A stretch of 64,000 nt of DNA from the human T2T-CHM13v2.0 reference genome, Homo sapiens, in the NCBI RefSeq assembly GCF_009914755.1, contig NC_060927.1, one strand, 5' to 3'. Under the pieces are notes generated by a model that worked only from the letters and a program-made list of their open reading frames with translations, searched no databases and had not been told where the DNA came from. Positions 1 to 12,227 of this stretch are shown here, piece after piece (the stretch's first letter is position 1; each line of letters begins with the position of its first letter). The position numbers and the translations under genes were made by a program.

Positions 1-69
1 CAAGCTAGGGGCCGGCCCGGGGGCGGGGCCTGCCTCCCACGGCGGGAGGGCGGAGCCTGCTCTGGAGCC

Positions 70-200
70 TGACTGCTCGGTTAGGACCTCGGAGAGCGCC
101 AGGCGCCGCGACCAGAGGGCCCAGAGAAGCGGCCGGAGCCCGCCTACCTCGGCCCCCTCAGCTTCCCGGGCTGGCAGGCGGCTAGAGGCGTCTGAGGAAG
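70..200 (+). other. STXBP5L: Probable non-coding exon 1 (5'UTR); start approximate
   Basis: ATG-free GC-rich segment ending at candidate donor AAG|GTGCCT (200/201). Exon 2 has an acceptor only 8 nt before the ATG, so an upstream exon must exist. The donor is weak, so the boundary is tentative. Confidence 0.5.
80..100 (+). promoter_or_regulatory. Candidate RE1/NRSE (REST-binding) site
   Basis: GTTAGGACCTCGGAGAGCGCC matches 16/21 positions of the consensus TTCAGCACCACGGACAGCGCC with canonical half-site spacing. Confidence 0.55.
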
Positions 201-281
201 GTGCCTAAGTCCTGGGTCAGATAGTCATCCCTCTGGGACGCCGCCGCCGCTGCCGCCGTCCAGCTGTGGCTCCCTCGCACC

Positions 282-352
282 TGTGTGTGTCTGTGTGAGT
301 GTGTGTGTGTGTTTGAGAGAGAGAGAGACAGAGAGAGACAGAGACAGAGAGC
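282..352. repeat. Compound (TG)n/(GA)n microsatellite
   Basis: tgtgtgtgtctgtgtgagtgtgtg... followed directly by gagagagagagagacagagagagacag. Confidence 0.9.
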
Positions 353-1444
353 GAGCGCACCAGCGCGCGAATGCCCGTGTGAGGGTGTTTGTGTGTGTTC
401 TGGCTGGGAGCGCGAATGCCTCGGCGTGAGGTGTTTGTGTGTTCGCGCGCCCGCGGGCGGGCGAGAGCCCCGCGCCTCAGCGCTGGGCCTGGGGGAGGGA
501 CAGCGGGAGCGGCGGCTCTGCGCGCCCAGCAGGCTGAGGCGGGACTCGGGCCGCAGCCGTCGCCGCCACCGCTTCACGTCCCCCGAGAGCGGCTGCCGTG
601 CAGCGGGGAGAGCGGACGGCGGGCGGGCGAACAGGCGGGAGAGCGCGGCGGCGGCTGCGGGCAGAGGTGGAGGGAGGGGAGCAGGAGATGGGGAGAGGGG
701 GGAAAGAGGACGCGGGGAGGGAGATGAGGGGGAGGTGAGGGGGAGGCGGAGGGACAAGTGGAAACAGACGGTGTCGCCGTTCTCCTCCTCCCCCCCTCCC
801 CGGCAGCTGTTGCTGTGGGTCACTCGCAGATGTTTTGGGGTCCGGGCTGCTGGGGGATGGGGACTAGAAAAAGTACCCCCCTCCCCGCCTTTCATAGTGA
901 CAAAAAAGGAAGCGTTGAAGCTGATGGGGGAAGAGCCCGGAAGGTGGTGGCAGAGTAAATACCGGCTCCCCCAACGTCGTTTTTCTGAAAATAAAATACT
1001 CTGAGCCGAACGTTTCGAAGAAGGAAAGTCCGCCCTTAAGAGAGAGACAGAGTCTTGGTCTGTTGAACTCTGGTTTGATTGTATAATAATGATGATATAA
1101 TGCTAATGACGATGATGACACTGCCTTTTATTTTTACCCCAGTGCTGATAAAGCGTAGTTACAGCTGGGGATACAGTCCTTGAAAATCTGATGTGTGAGG
1201 AGGGAATACTGTTGCTTTTGGAGTTGTGTTATATTTATCTTTTTTTAAAAAGGATATGCTTTTTAGAATTAAAATTTGGCAAAACGAATCCTGACTCTTT
1301 TTTTCCAGTCGGTCGTAACCAATGCTCATAAAATGGGGACTGACTTGACTAATGAAAAGAGAAAGGCTTTTACCAAGGTCTAATTGCACGTGTTAAGTCA
1401 CCTCTTTCCCTTTTTTTCCTTTGTATTTCTCAACAGTGTTTAAA

Positions 1445-1633
1445 ATGAAGAAGTTTAATTTCCGAAAAGTTTTGGATGGCTTAACTGCCTCCTCCCCTGG
1501 CAGTGGTAGCAGCAGTGGCAGTAACAGTGGTGGTGGGGCTGGAAGTGGTTCCGTACATCCGGCGGGGACTGCAGGGGTTCTCAGAGAGGAAATTCAGGAA
1601 ACTTTGACTTCGGAGTATTTCCAGATTTGCAAG
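1445..1633 (+). CDS. STXBP5L: STXBP5L (tomosyn-2) first coding exon (exon 1437-1633), 63 codons MKKFNFRKVLDGLTASSPGSGSSSG...EIQETLTSEYFQICK
   Basis: Polypyrimidine tract plus caacAG acceptor at 1435-1436, aaaATG at 1445, donor AAG|GTAAGT at 1634 (phase 0). The peptide is the recognisable tomosyn N-terminus (MKKFNFRKVLDGL). Confidence 0.95.
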
Positions 1634-3227
1634 GTAAGTTTTGAATTGGCTTAAAGCCTATTATTTCTTTATTATACTGTTGTAAGGAAACAAGGGGGGA
1701 AAAACATACCAGGAACAGGAAACTGTTGAGATGTCAGCATCAGAGTCTGCTGCAGAAAGCTCTGTGGGTAGATCAGTTTGGCTTAATAGATATTTTAGGC
1801 GTCAACTTAAAAAGCAATGATAGTTTAAGTGGGAAATGAGCACACACAAAAAGTAGAATTTGCAAGATAATGTTAAGATCCAATAGTGGACAAAATTTTT
1901 AATATTTGTGTATTATATTAACTGAAGAAGCAAATAGTCGTTTGGTTTTTTGTGTTATCAGAGAAAATATTGTTATTTCACTGTTCAGTATGAAATGAAT
2001 AAAGCTACTAGCATGTTGCTAGGATTAAGTAGATAATAGGAAAATATGTTCATTTTAAGGGGGCCAATGACATTGCTTTAAAATTCCGAATAAAAACACC
2101 TTCACATTCTTAAACTCTTCATAAATACACAAACAGACAAATGCACAGGCTTATAAGAACTTGCAGTTGTAGGAACTCAAAAATAGCGGGTGTTCTGGTT
2201 TAGTAAGAAAACATTTTATGTAATTATACTTTGATATTGAACTTCTAATGAATATGCAAAAGAGAGTTTCTGGTAGGTAGAGAAGATGAGAGTTTATAAA
2301 ACAAGCATTAGGTTAATGCATAGAGATATTGTTATTGCTATATTTGTTATATTTTATGACATAAAGTGATTTATAATTTTATTGCCCTTTTTTGAGTTGT
2401 CTTGGAATGTGCCTATTATATGCAACAAAGGCTACTAAGTTATTTATGTCATATAAATGAATATAGTTTTGTAAATGTGTTTGGCTACATAAGAAATAGA
2501 AAAATTGCAAAATTACAGAAATTAACAATTTTTAAAAATACTTTCACAAAAGAAAAGTTTTTTGAAATTATTAAAATTATATTTGTGGTAAACAAGTGAT
2601 ATATGTATAATGAGGTATATTTCAATCACTGTCTCAGCCTATATTCCTAGCAGGGTCATTATAAAAACATTAAATCTATAGTTATTAGTTTACATAAAAG
2701 CAAGTTTATTTAGAGTTAATTTAGATAAACAGATTTAATTCTAAGCTACTTTGTGAAATTTGTGTACAGTAATAATTTTTTTCCTCAATAGGAAATAACA
2801 GATATTCTGTTCGATGAGGGAAGGTCTTAACAGTGGTTATGAGACAAATGTAAAAGAGTCCTGGAGTTCAAATTTGAACTGCTAGGCAGGGGAATTATGC
2901 CCTGATTCTCTAATCTTTGATGTGTTTGCAATTTTCACGATCAGATTCTGAAAATTTTTTCCAAATTCTCTCAATTCATGTATATGACAGTGATACAGGA
3001 GAATTTTACCAGAGGTAAAACTGGTATAGGAAAGATAGACTTCTGAAACAGAATGGCATTGGGCTGTTGAGGTCATAAAGCTTGTAGAGAAGGTTTTAAA
3101 TAAAAAACTTCAGGGAAATGGGTGAATGCAAGAGATAATGGAATACATAGTTATCTTCCCATTTATTCAGGCAAGAGATAGTCATAGGAAGTACCAGAAG
3201 TTAAATACATACTACTTTAAAAACATA

Positions 3228-3450
3228 TGGCATGGTAGGAAGAGCACTGGCCTAGGAATCAGAAAATTTGTGTTTTATTTAAAGTTCTGCTAGTTGACAG
3301 CCATATACTCTTGGGTAAGCCATTTATCTCCCTTGAGCCTTGATTTCTGCATCTGCAGTGTAGGAATAAGTGTATCTGCTCTCCTTAACTAAGAGACGGT
3401 TATTGGGAGGATCAGACAGAATAAGGTGAAGGTAATGCATAAATGGAAAG
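3228..3450 (+). mobile_element. MIR SINE remnant
   Basis: ggcatggtaggaagagcactggcctaggaatcagaa...ccttgagccttgatttctgcatctgcagtgtagg resembles the MIR core. Confidence 0.65.
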
Positions 3451-5649
3451 GATGATAAAATATATACGAATATTATTGTTAAAGTTTGTAAAATCACGTG
3501 TTCATAGTAGAGCGAATATAACTAGTGGGTTATAATAATATTAGCTTATGATTTCCAAATAAATTATAAGATAGATAGCTATATAAGTTGTCCACTAACA
3601 GTACTGAAGTCTTACTAAATGTGGAAAATACTGTAACATCTTTGGATAGGAATATAGTTAATTTTAAAAAATAGTTATATGGATGTATTATAATTACCTG
3701 GTCTATAACAAAACATATAAAAATGGACTAAGGAAATCCCAAAATTAGACCGTTACTGAAATGGGGACTTTATTTAGACTCATAGACTCCCTGATTAAAT
3801 GTGCAAAAAAATTTCTCTTCTGAGTTCTAAGGAGCTGTCATATTCTGGGTGCTTCTACCTTTTCAACATGGGCAAAACTAAAGTATAAATCTAGACTTGG
3901 CTGTTTGAAAGCCTCCTCTCTTCTATCTGATTAGTCATCACATCCCCTCTATTCTATTTCCTTAGTATTTCTGAAATTTATGACCTTTTCTACATCCCCA
4001 GTACTTGTTCGTTCCGTCATATTTTCTTGCTTGGTCTTTTGAAATCACTTTCTAACTGATCTCTTTACTTCTAGTTTTACTGGATTACACTTCATTTTGT
4101 TACAATAATGGCTATTTCTGAAATACAATGTTAATTATGTCATTTCCTTGCTAAAAATTCTATATTGGTTTCCTACAGCAATGATGCTCTTAAAATGAAA
4201 GTCTTATTTGAAACCACAGTAAATAACATCTATTCAAACAAAAAAATGTGGCAACTCATGGGCACACATTTGTTTCAGAAATTATAAGAATAAATTATAC
4301 AGCCAATTGATAAAAAAACTTTTTATATTTGTTTTTTATTGTGTAATATCGCCCATAGGAAGGTAGTAGGATGTTCGCTAGCCTTAAAAAAGTGAAAGTA
4401 TAAAGCTGTACCCTTCATAATAAACAAAATATCTATGAGATGTTCAAAGTCATAGAAATGGCAGAAGAAACTTTGGTTCAAGGTCAGCCAAAAAAAAAAA
4501 AAAGTTAATGCATTGGGTTACTGCAATCGTTCAGAATGTGTATACATTGGAATGCCTGCATTGTCCAGGTATTTGTGAAATACATGAACTGCCTTTCCTG
4601 AACTTGAATTCTGTGAAATACAATTTGAAACTATTGCTCTATAAAATAAATTTCAAATTGCTTACCTTGATGGGTATAGAGTTTCCTTCAGAAGAGATTC
4701 CTGTTTACCTTTCCATTTTTATTTGCTTGATTCCCTAAGTATACTGCATTCCCTAAAAGATACCATATTTTCTCATATCTCAATGCCTTCTCTCATTCTT
4801 TCGTTTCTGACTAGAATACCTTTTCTACTTTCATACGATTGGATAATTCCCAGCCATCTTTTACCTCATAATTCAAACATCACCTCTATGAGACTAGCTC
4901 TGACCACTGCCACCTCAACTACCCACCAGGGTTCTTTTTTTTCTTTTTTAAAAACCTATTCTATGTTTTTCTGTAGCATCTGGCATATACCTATAGTGTG
5001 AATTTAGCATCTTCCTGTGATTAAAAAAGTTTCTTAAAAATCTGTCACTGCCGTTATACTATGAACTCTTTGAAAAGCAAATAATTTTTTTTTCTTGTTT
5101 CCTTCTTATTGCTAGGGTATACACTATCTAGCTGGCCAGTATTTCTTAACTCTGGTGTCTAAAATAGAGATTTCCAGCACCTCCCCATTCTTAGAGAATC
5201 AAAATCTCTAGGGATGAGTCCTAGGCACTTGCATTTTTTTGAATGGCCCCACAGGAGATTTCTATGCACAGCCATTAGTGAAAACCATTATAGTGGGCAC
5301 TTGATACACTTTAAATGAGTAAAGATGCATATACATGATTGGTCGATTAATTGAAAAAGATATTAAAGCAGAGAGCAATTACTACTTATATATGCCTTAA
5401 ACATTTTATTTTAATTGAAAACATCTAAATATACAATTTACAAATCATTTGATAAATGACTACGTTTTTCTGTTGAATGTTGGTTCTGTGATTGGAGTTC
5501 TGTGTGGACTTCTCTTCCATAAACCTTTCCAAATTCATATCTACAACTTTCAGTTTTGGTTTATTTAAAGCAGAGTAAGAAATTACATGCTTTTGAAGCA
5601 AACCAAGTGTCAAGTCCTTCTAGATTATATATACAGTGATATGTATAAA

Positions 5650-5755
5650 GCAAGGCTTTATTTTGTTCACATCTGTATCATCTATGTATAGAATGGTGCC
5701 TGGCCCATTGAAGGCAGTCAAATATTTGTTGAGCAAATAAATGAATAAATTAAAG
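5650..5755 (+). mobile_element. L2 LINE 3' end remnant
   Basis: tagaatggtgcctggcccattgaaggcagtcaaatatttgttgagcaaataaatgaataaat resembles the L2 3' terminus. Confidence 0.6.
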
Positions 5756-8139
5756 GAGGGAAGCTATACAGATTGTTGTGTTAAAAGCAAACTAGATATT
5801 ATTTTGAACAGCTTCTTGGAGTTGCTTTTATGAAATAACTTTTATATAAAGAGGTGGAGAGCATCTAGTGAAAGAGTTGATACCACTTTAGGAACATGGT
5901 ATATGCTTTTCAAACAGATGTAGAAAAGAAGATTGTAGGAGGATTTAATTAAATTTATTTCAGTTTTTATTGAAGAAGATATTAGGAACATTCTCATTTT
6001 TAAATGATCTTTTTGGGGGAACAACTCAGAAGTTCTAGATTGACAGTGACAAACACACAGGGTGTTCTAGACCTAATTAACAAAAGATAAAAATAAGTAT
6101 ATTACCAAAAAAAGAGTAAAATAAGTATATTACCAGAACCAGATGACATAATCCCTAAATTTCTGAATAAACTCTTAAATTAGCCAACTCACTATTCATA
6201 ATCATTTATAAACTGTTTTTATAAATGGTCACAATGTCAGAAACAACATGTAGTTAACTAGTATAACTTCTGCAGGGAAATGGATTTATAACAATGATGC
6301 TCATATCTGACATAATATCAGATCGTACCAGGTAAATAGGTATAGATCAGAAATACAGGCATGAACTGTAGAGAGTTGGGCTTTCCAGGACCCTAGCAAG
6401 ATGAAAGGAGATTAAATGCCCAGATATCCTTGAATACTATCTCTTCCTCAAGATTTTCATTGTCTCCACATTCTCCTAATTTCACTCCATTTTACTTAAG
6501 CGGTTTTGCAACTGAGATTGGGAAAAGATCATGATCACAGTTCCACAGTTATAAAGTTTTCATCCATAAAAAGAATAATAGAAGATTCCCTGAGATGTGT
6601 GGATTTGTTACATTCTCCTGTCACCAAAAAGCACAGTAGAGGCATCTTTAAGAATGGTAATGGAGGCAAGGAAGAATTAATCTACCATTAAGACTAAGAT
6701 GCTAACAAGCGTAATAACCAGAAAGAATTAAAGATTTTTTTTTCTTTTAAGAACCAGAAACCAAAGCCAGATGACTCAGTACTCCAGGCTGTCTGCTTTG
6801 CTTATCCTGAGAGCATAAGGGTGTAGGGGCAGGCTTGAGTAAAGGATTATAGATGTGTAGAAGTACGTTTGTAAAATTTTAAAGTTACCTAGAGGGCAAT
6901 CACATTTTCTCACAAAAAGTCCTTTGGTGCTAGTATTTGTCAGCAAATTGGGTTGTTGGTCTTGTATAGTGTGGTGGTTCTTAAATGTTCTTAAAAACAA
7001 ACAGTGCCGTCATACTTTTTGTATTTCTCATACATACAGAGCTAAGTTAAAATCTTAACATAATTTCCAAGTATGTTTTTCTGTAGGAGTATTATCACTA
7101 AGTAAACGAAATTTCTGTTTCTTAAAATTTAGTGCATTTCTGTAGATATTTCTCTAGCCTCATTTGACGATGTTCCTGTGAAAAATCTCAGGATTAAGTT
7201 CATATTTACTTTTAATAATAGGATGATTGTACTGATTTCCTGTATTATAGTTCTGTAAAGCCACTTACATATTGGTTTAATAGCAATGACTTTTGACTAT
7301 ATCCATTAAAAGTATCAAGTAGAAGCCCTGCTTTAAACTTTCAAATTGAGTTTGTTTTTCTCATAAGAGAAAAATGGAACTTTTTGTTCCTACTTAAGTA
7401 TCAAAATGATGATCTTTATAAAAATGCTTTTGTTTATAGTGACAGTTATTTTCTTTTTTAGTCTTAAAAGGAGGATAACTTTTCTTAATTCTTTTTAGTA
7501 TTTGAAAGGCTAATCTTTTAATGTGCACAATATACTAGCGTTTTTATTTAAAAATATAGATTAAGTATTCTGAATAATTGTTCCTAATTTCCTAGGTAAT
7601 ACTAAACTGTCTTTATAAGGACTAGGAAAAAAATCATTGATTAAGTTTTATACAGCCAAAAATAGAAATAACATTTAAAGGATTTAGAGAAGGTAGTTAT
7701 AAAGAATAGAATATAAGCCCTCCAAAAAGTATATAGTGGGTTCACCATGATACTTAGGGAGAGACTTGATTAAATGAAGCATTCATAGTCACTGAATGAA
7801 TGCAGCAAGAAGGTATTTTGACATGTTTATTATTGAAAATATATTGTATTTATTATACACCTTTAAAAATAATTAAGACATAAACTGTTCTCAGCCAACT
7901 GACTATAATAAGAATGAAATAATGCTTTCTGGGATTGATTTATCAGCAAAATCACCTATGATATATTCTGGACTTATCTAACATATTAGAAAGAAGAATA
8001 TGATTTGAGTTTTATTGGAAGCCCAAAATTACCAGTTAATATTGATGGTTTATAGAATTATTTTGAATATAATGGTATATAATGATGCTATATAATCAAT
8101 ATAATGAATTTGAAATTGAAAATATTGTATTTGTTTTAG

Positions 8140-8500
<361 letters not shown>

Positions 8501-9416
8501 TGACAATAGCATAAAATCGACATCTTATTTGGACATGTAAATTTTATTATAAATAAAACTGATCATTTTGGTGGTTTTAGATGCAGATTTAATACCTGGA
8601 TTTAGAAAGTAAAGATTGGAATTGAGAGAAAATTGTTATACTTCTTTTATCTTTCTTTTATTTTTACTTTACCAAAATGAACACAATAAAATTAGTTACA
8701 CTCTGAAGAAAACTAGCTGGATTGGTTAATGTTCAGTTTACTTTGTTCCTATAAATTGACTAAAAACTTGTCTATAAATCTGTAAACTGTAAAAGTTTGA
8801 AAATTATTAGTAGTATAATAAATTTTGAAGTTAGATTGAGTCTGGGGGAAATGCTTACAGTTGGTAAACATCCATGTAGATGGAAAATGTGAAACTAGAA
8901 AAGGAGACAGAGAAGAACCGAGCAGAATAATATGAGGAAAATTCAAGAGTAGAGGCAGGTAATCTGAAGCATTCTTTAGAGAGAATAGTAAGAGAGAAAC
9001 TCAGGCATGTCCCAGCTTTGTGGAGTGGTCAAAGATAGTAAAAACAAAACAAACTTCAAAACAACAAACAAATAACACAGAATTGTCAGAGACAAGTGAA
9101 TTAGGCCAAGAGGAAATTGATTAGGGTAAACATATTTTCAGTAAGGTGATGGATAGAATTAAGGTCAACAATATAATAGAGAATATAATTAGTAGCATCA
9201 GTACCAAGAGTAGAAGTAGGGGAGATGTGTGAGGAATTGACTTTATAGAAAAGAAAAGTGGTGAAAAAATAGCAGAGACAGTAGGTTTTAATATCATTTT
9301 GGTACACTGTAGGGGTGGTGATGCAATTAATCCACAGAAAAGCAATTGAGGCTACCAGAAAGGGAATGGTAGGGTGGGGAATAGAGGTAAGATTTGCCTT
9401 TTAAAATAGCAAGGGG

Positions 9417-9600
9417 TGGCCATGGTAGCACATGCCTGTAGTCCTAGCTACTGAGGAGGATGAGGGGGAGGAACCCTTCAGGATAGGAGTTCGAGGCTCT
9501 AATGCACTGTGATCATGAATAGCCACTAATAGTACTCCAGCCTGGGCAACATAGCAAGACCCCTGTCTCTAAGATAAATAAATAAGTAAGTAAAATAAAA
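9417..9600 (+). mobile_element. Fossil Alu monomer (FAM-like)
   Basis: Single monomer with the 7SL/FAM-type segment tgaatagccact...ctccagcctgggcaacatagcaagaccc and an A-rich tail. Confidence 0.75.
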
Positions 9601-9734
9601 CAGTAGGTATCTAATTTGGAATTTTTCTCCTTACCTGATAAGAATACATATTTCATTTGAATTCTCAGTGAAATCTGTGCTTTATGTCCTTTCAGGTAAA
9701 TAAAAGCATGTGATTCTATGAGAAGATCATATGA

Positions 9735-10220
9735 CTTTTGTATTGCTGCTTCAATTACCAAAAACTTATTGGCTTAAAACAACACAAATTTATCATCTTA
9801 TTGTTCTGGAGGTCAGAAGTATGACATGGATGTCACTGGGCTAAAATTAATGTGTTCACAGAACTGCATTCCTTTCTGGAGGCTGTAGAGGAGATTTTGT
9901 TTTCTTGACTCTTGCAGCTTTTAGAGGCTGATCACAATTCCTTGGCCGATGGCCCCCTCCCATCTTCAAAACCAGCCCCCTTCCATTTTCAAAGCCAGTT
10001 GATCTTTCCAACATGTCACCACCCTGACTTTCCTGCCTCCCTTTTTTAATATTTAAGGATGCCTATGATTACATTGGGCCCACCAGGATAATCCAGGTTA
10101 ATCTCCCCATTACAAGGTTAGTTGATTAGCAGTCTTCATTCCATCTGCAACCTTAATTCCCCTCTGCCATATAAGCTAACATATTCACAGGTTCTTTGGG
10201 GGCTGTTATTCTCTGTACCT
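9735..10220. mobile_element. MaLR solo LTR (MLT1-type)
   Basis: ggcttaaaacaacacaaatttatcatctt...ttctggaggtcagaagt...gattacattgggcccaccaggataatccagg...catattcacaggttct. Confidence 0.8.
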
Positions 10221-12227
10221 AGATGTTCATCACCTCACCTGTTTTTGTTTTTTGAGTTATTTTATGGAAAACTTTAAACACACAAGAACAGAGAGAATAG
10301 TATTGAACCCCCAGCTTCAACAATGATCATCCTTGGCAAATCTTGCTGATTTATATTCTCTTATTTGCTACTCTTACATTTCATTATTTTAATGCAAATC
10401 TCAGACATTGTACCCTTCCACCTGTAAAAACCTTACAGAGCAGATAAGCACTTCTCCTCACCCTGTGCTTACACTATTAATCCTAAAGACCATTATCATA
10501 GTGAAGAAAATTAACATTTCTTTATATAATCTAACATGTAGTTAGTGTTTAAATTCCCTTAGTTGTCCCATATTGTCTTTTTGTAGTTGATTTGTTTAGA
10601 TTGGCATCCAAGCAAGGTTCATGTTGCATTTTCACTTGGCTTGAAGTTATCTTAATTCAGTTTGTGTAAAGTCACAGGTTTTTTGATAAGATCAGCTATC
10701 TTGTGCTTTTGTGTATATTAATGAAAAAAATAACTCTTTGTCCTGATTTCTTTATGAACTAGAAGGCTATATGTGAGGAAGTGGGTGGGTTGTTCAGTGT
10801 ACCACAAGATGCCAAATAGAGAACTTTTAAATGTTTTCTAGACATGGTAACATTCTTTAAGGAATGGGAAAAAGAATATTTTTAGGTCATCCTGAGAGCT
10901 GTTGTACTATTTTGTGATGCTACTATAGGATAGGCTTTGCTGAGAATGTTAGAAAAGAGAAAAGTGTCATAAAAGACACAGTATGTGTCAAAGTGAATAA
11001 AAGTGAGGTGGATTCTCAACGTTACTGATTTTTACCCATGAAATAAATAAATAAATAATTTGAGGGATAGGATGAGATTCAGTTTTGTATAGCTCTTCTT
11101 TTAAGTGAAAGAACAGAACATTTGATAAGGATTCACTCTACAGTTACTTAGAATAGAATTATATAGCAAAAAGCTGAAATTGAATTGGACAAAATCTGTT
11201 TTATTAGTAACTTAGATTTCTTCACTTGGGTTAATAGGCTAAATATACTTGAAGAACTGAGTTGGAAGGTGGTAGGAAGAGGATTAAAATACTGATGAGG
11301 AACACATTTTGATGTATTGAGTTCCATTTATAAATAATCTGTACATTACATTTATTGAATATTTACATAATTCAAAAGGTACCTTATTCTGATTCTCTGC
11401 CATCCTATGGTAGTTTATTGTTGGCTCTTTCTTTGCTTTTTCCAGTTTCATCTTAACCAAAACTCCTTTGCTGTTTGAGGTAATATTCAATATTCTTGTG
11501 CTCTGCCACAGCTCCCCACTAGCTATTTGGTGAATTCAGTTACTTATTATTTAAACATTTATTGAAAGCATATTTTATATATGATTCTAAACTAGACTTT
11601 TTAATTGGGCAACCCTTTTTTAGGAATGACTTTGCAAGGCAAGCACACACTCTGTGAACCATTTATATTTTAATGTGATTAACAGAATAATTTACATCAT
11701 GTGAACTTTAATTCATGTTTTATAACTTTTATGAAACTCCCTCTTATTCTTTTTTCAATGGCTCAGGTTTTTTTGCTCCCTGTCTCTTTCTTTCTTTTTT
11801 CCTTGTATTTCTACTATTTTTGAATTATTTTATAATGTATTTGATATCTTTCTCTTTGTCCTTAGCCTATGTTAATTTCCATTTATAACTTCTTGGCTAA
11901 AAGCTGCTTTATTCTAAAATAAAAGAACCTGGAAAATGTCTGAAATATATTTCTTTTGGTACAATTTCATTTCCCTAACAAGTCTAATACTTATTGAGAC
12001 TATTAACATACGAAAGTAACTCTTTAAGTCACAGTTTCTCTTTTATTCACCAATTTCTTTTTGAAAGGATTGGAAAGTATTTAATCTGGGTCAGCTCAGT
12101 ATAATTATCAAATAATTATCTTTAAATCATGCTTCTTTGTTCTCTGCTAACAGACTCAAATTTCTTACAAATTTTTTTTTTGAAAAATGATTTGGGGTAC
12201 TTTCCTGCTTCTTAAAAATTTAATACT

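Larger units (their letters stand above)
1..1020. promoter_or_regulatory. STXBP5L: CpG island / STXBP5L promoter and first-exon region
   Basis: Very GC-rich and CpG-dense compared with the AT-rich rest of the window; GC box GGGGCGGGG at ~20-28; lies directly upstream of the first coding exon. Confidence 0.9.

Noticed and set aside
475-510. Split RE1-like halves (TCAGCGCT...GGACAGCG)
   Set aside because: Non-canonical spacing and mismatches in GC-rich DNA; likely chance.
182-1004. Long overlapping ORFs 182-895 (-) and 285-1004 (+)
   Set aside because: Non-ATG starts and low-complexity translation of microsatellite and G-rich CpG-island DNA; stop-codon scarcity is expected at this GC content.
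1421-1654. 77-aa ORF as a complete protein
   Set aside because: It is exon 2 plus flanking intron; the real ATG is at 1445 and the splice donor at 1634.
6090-6135. 18-bp direct repeat aaaataagtatattacca (period 28)
   Set aside because: Ordinary slippage duplication in AT-rich DNA; two copies only, not an array.
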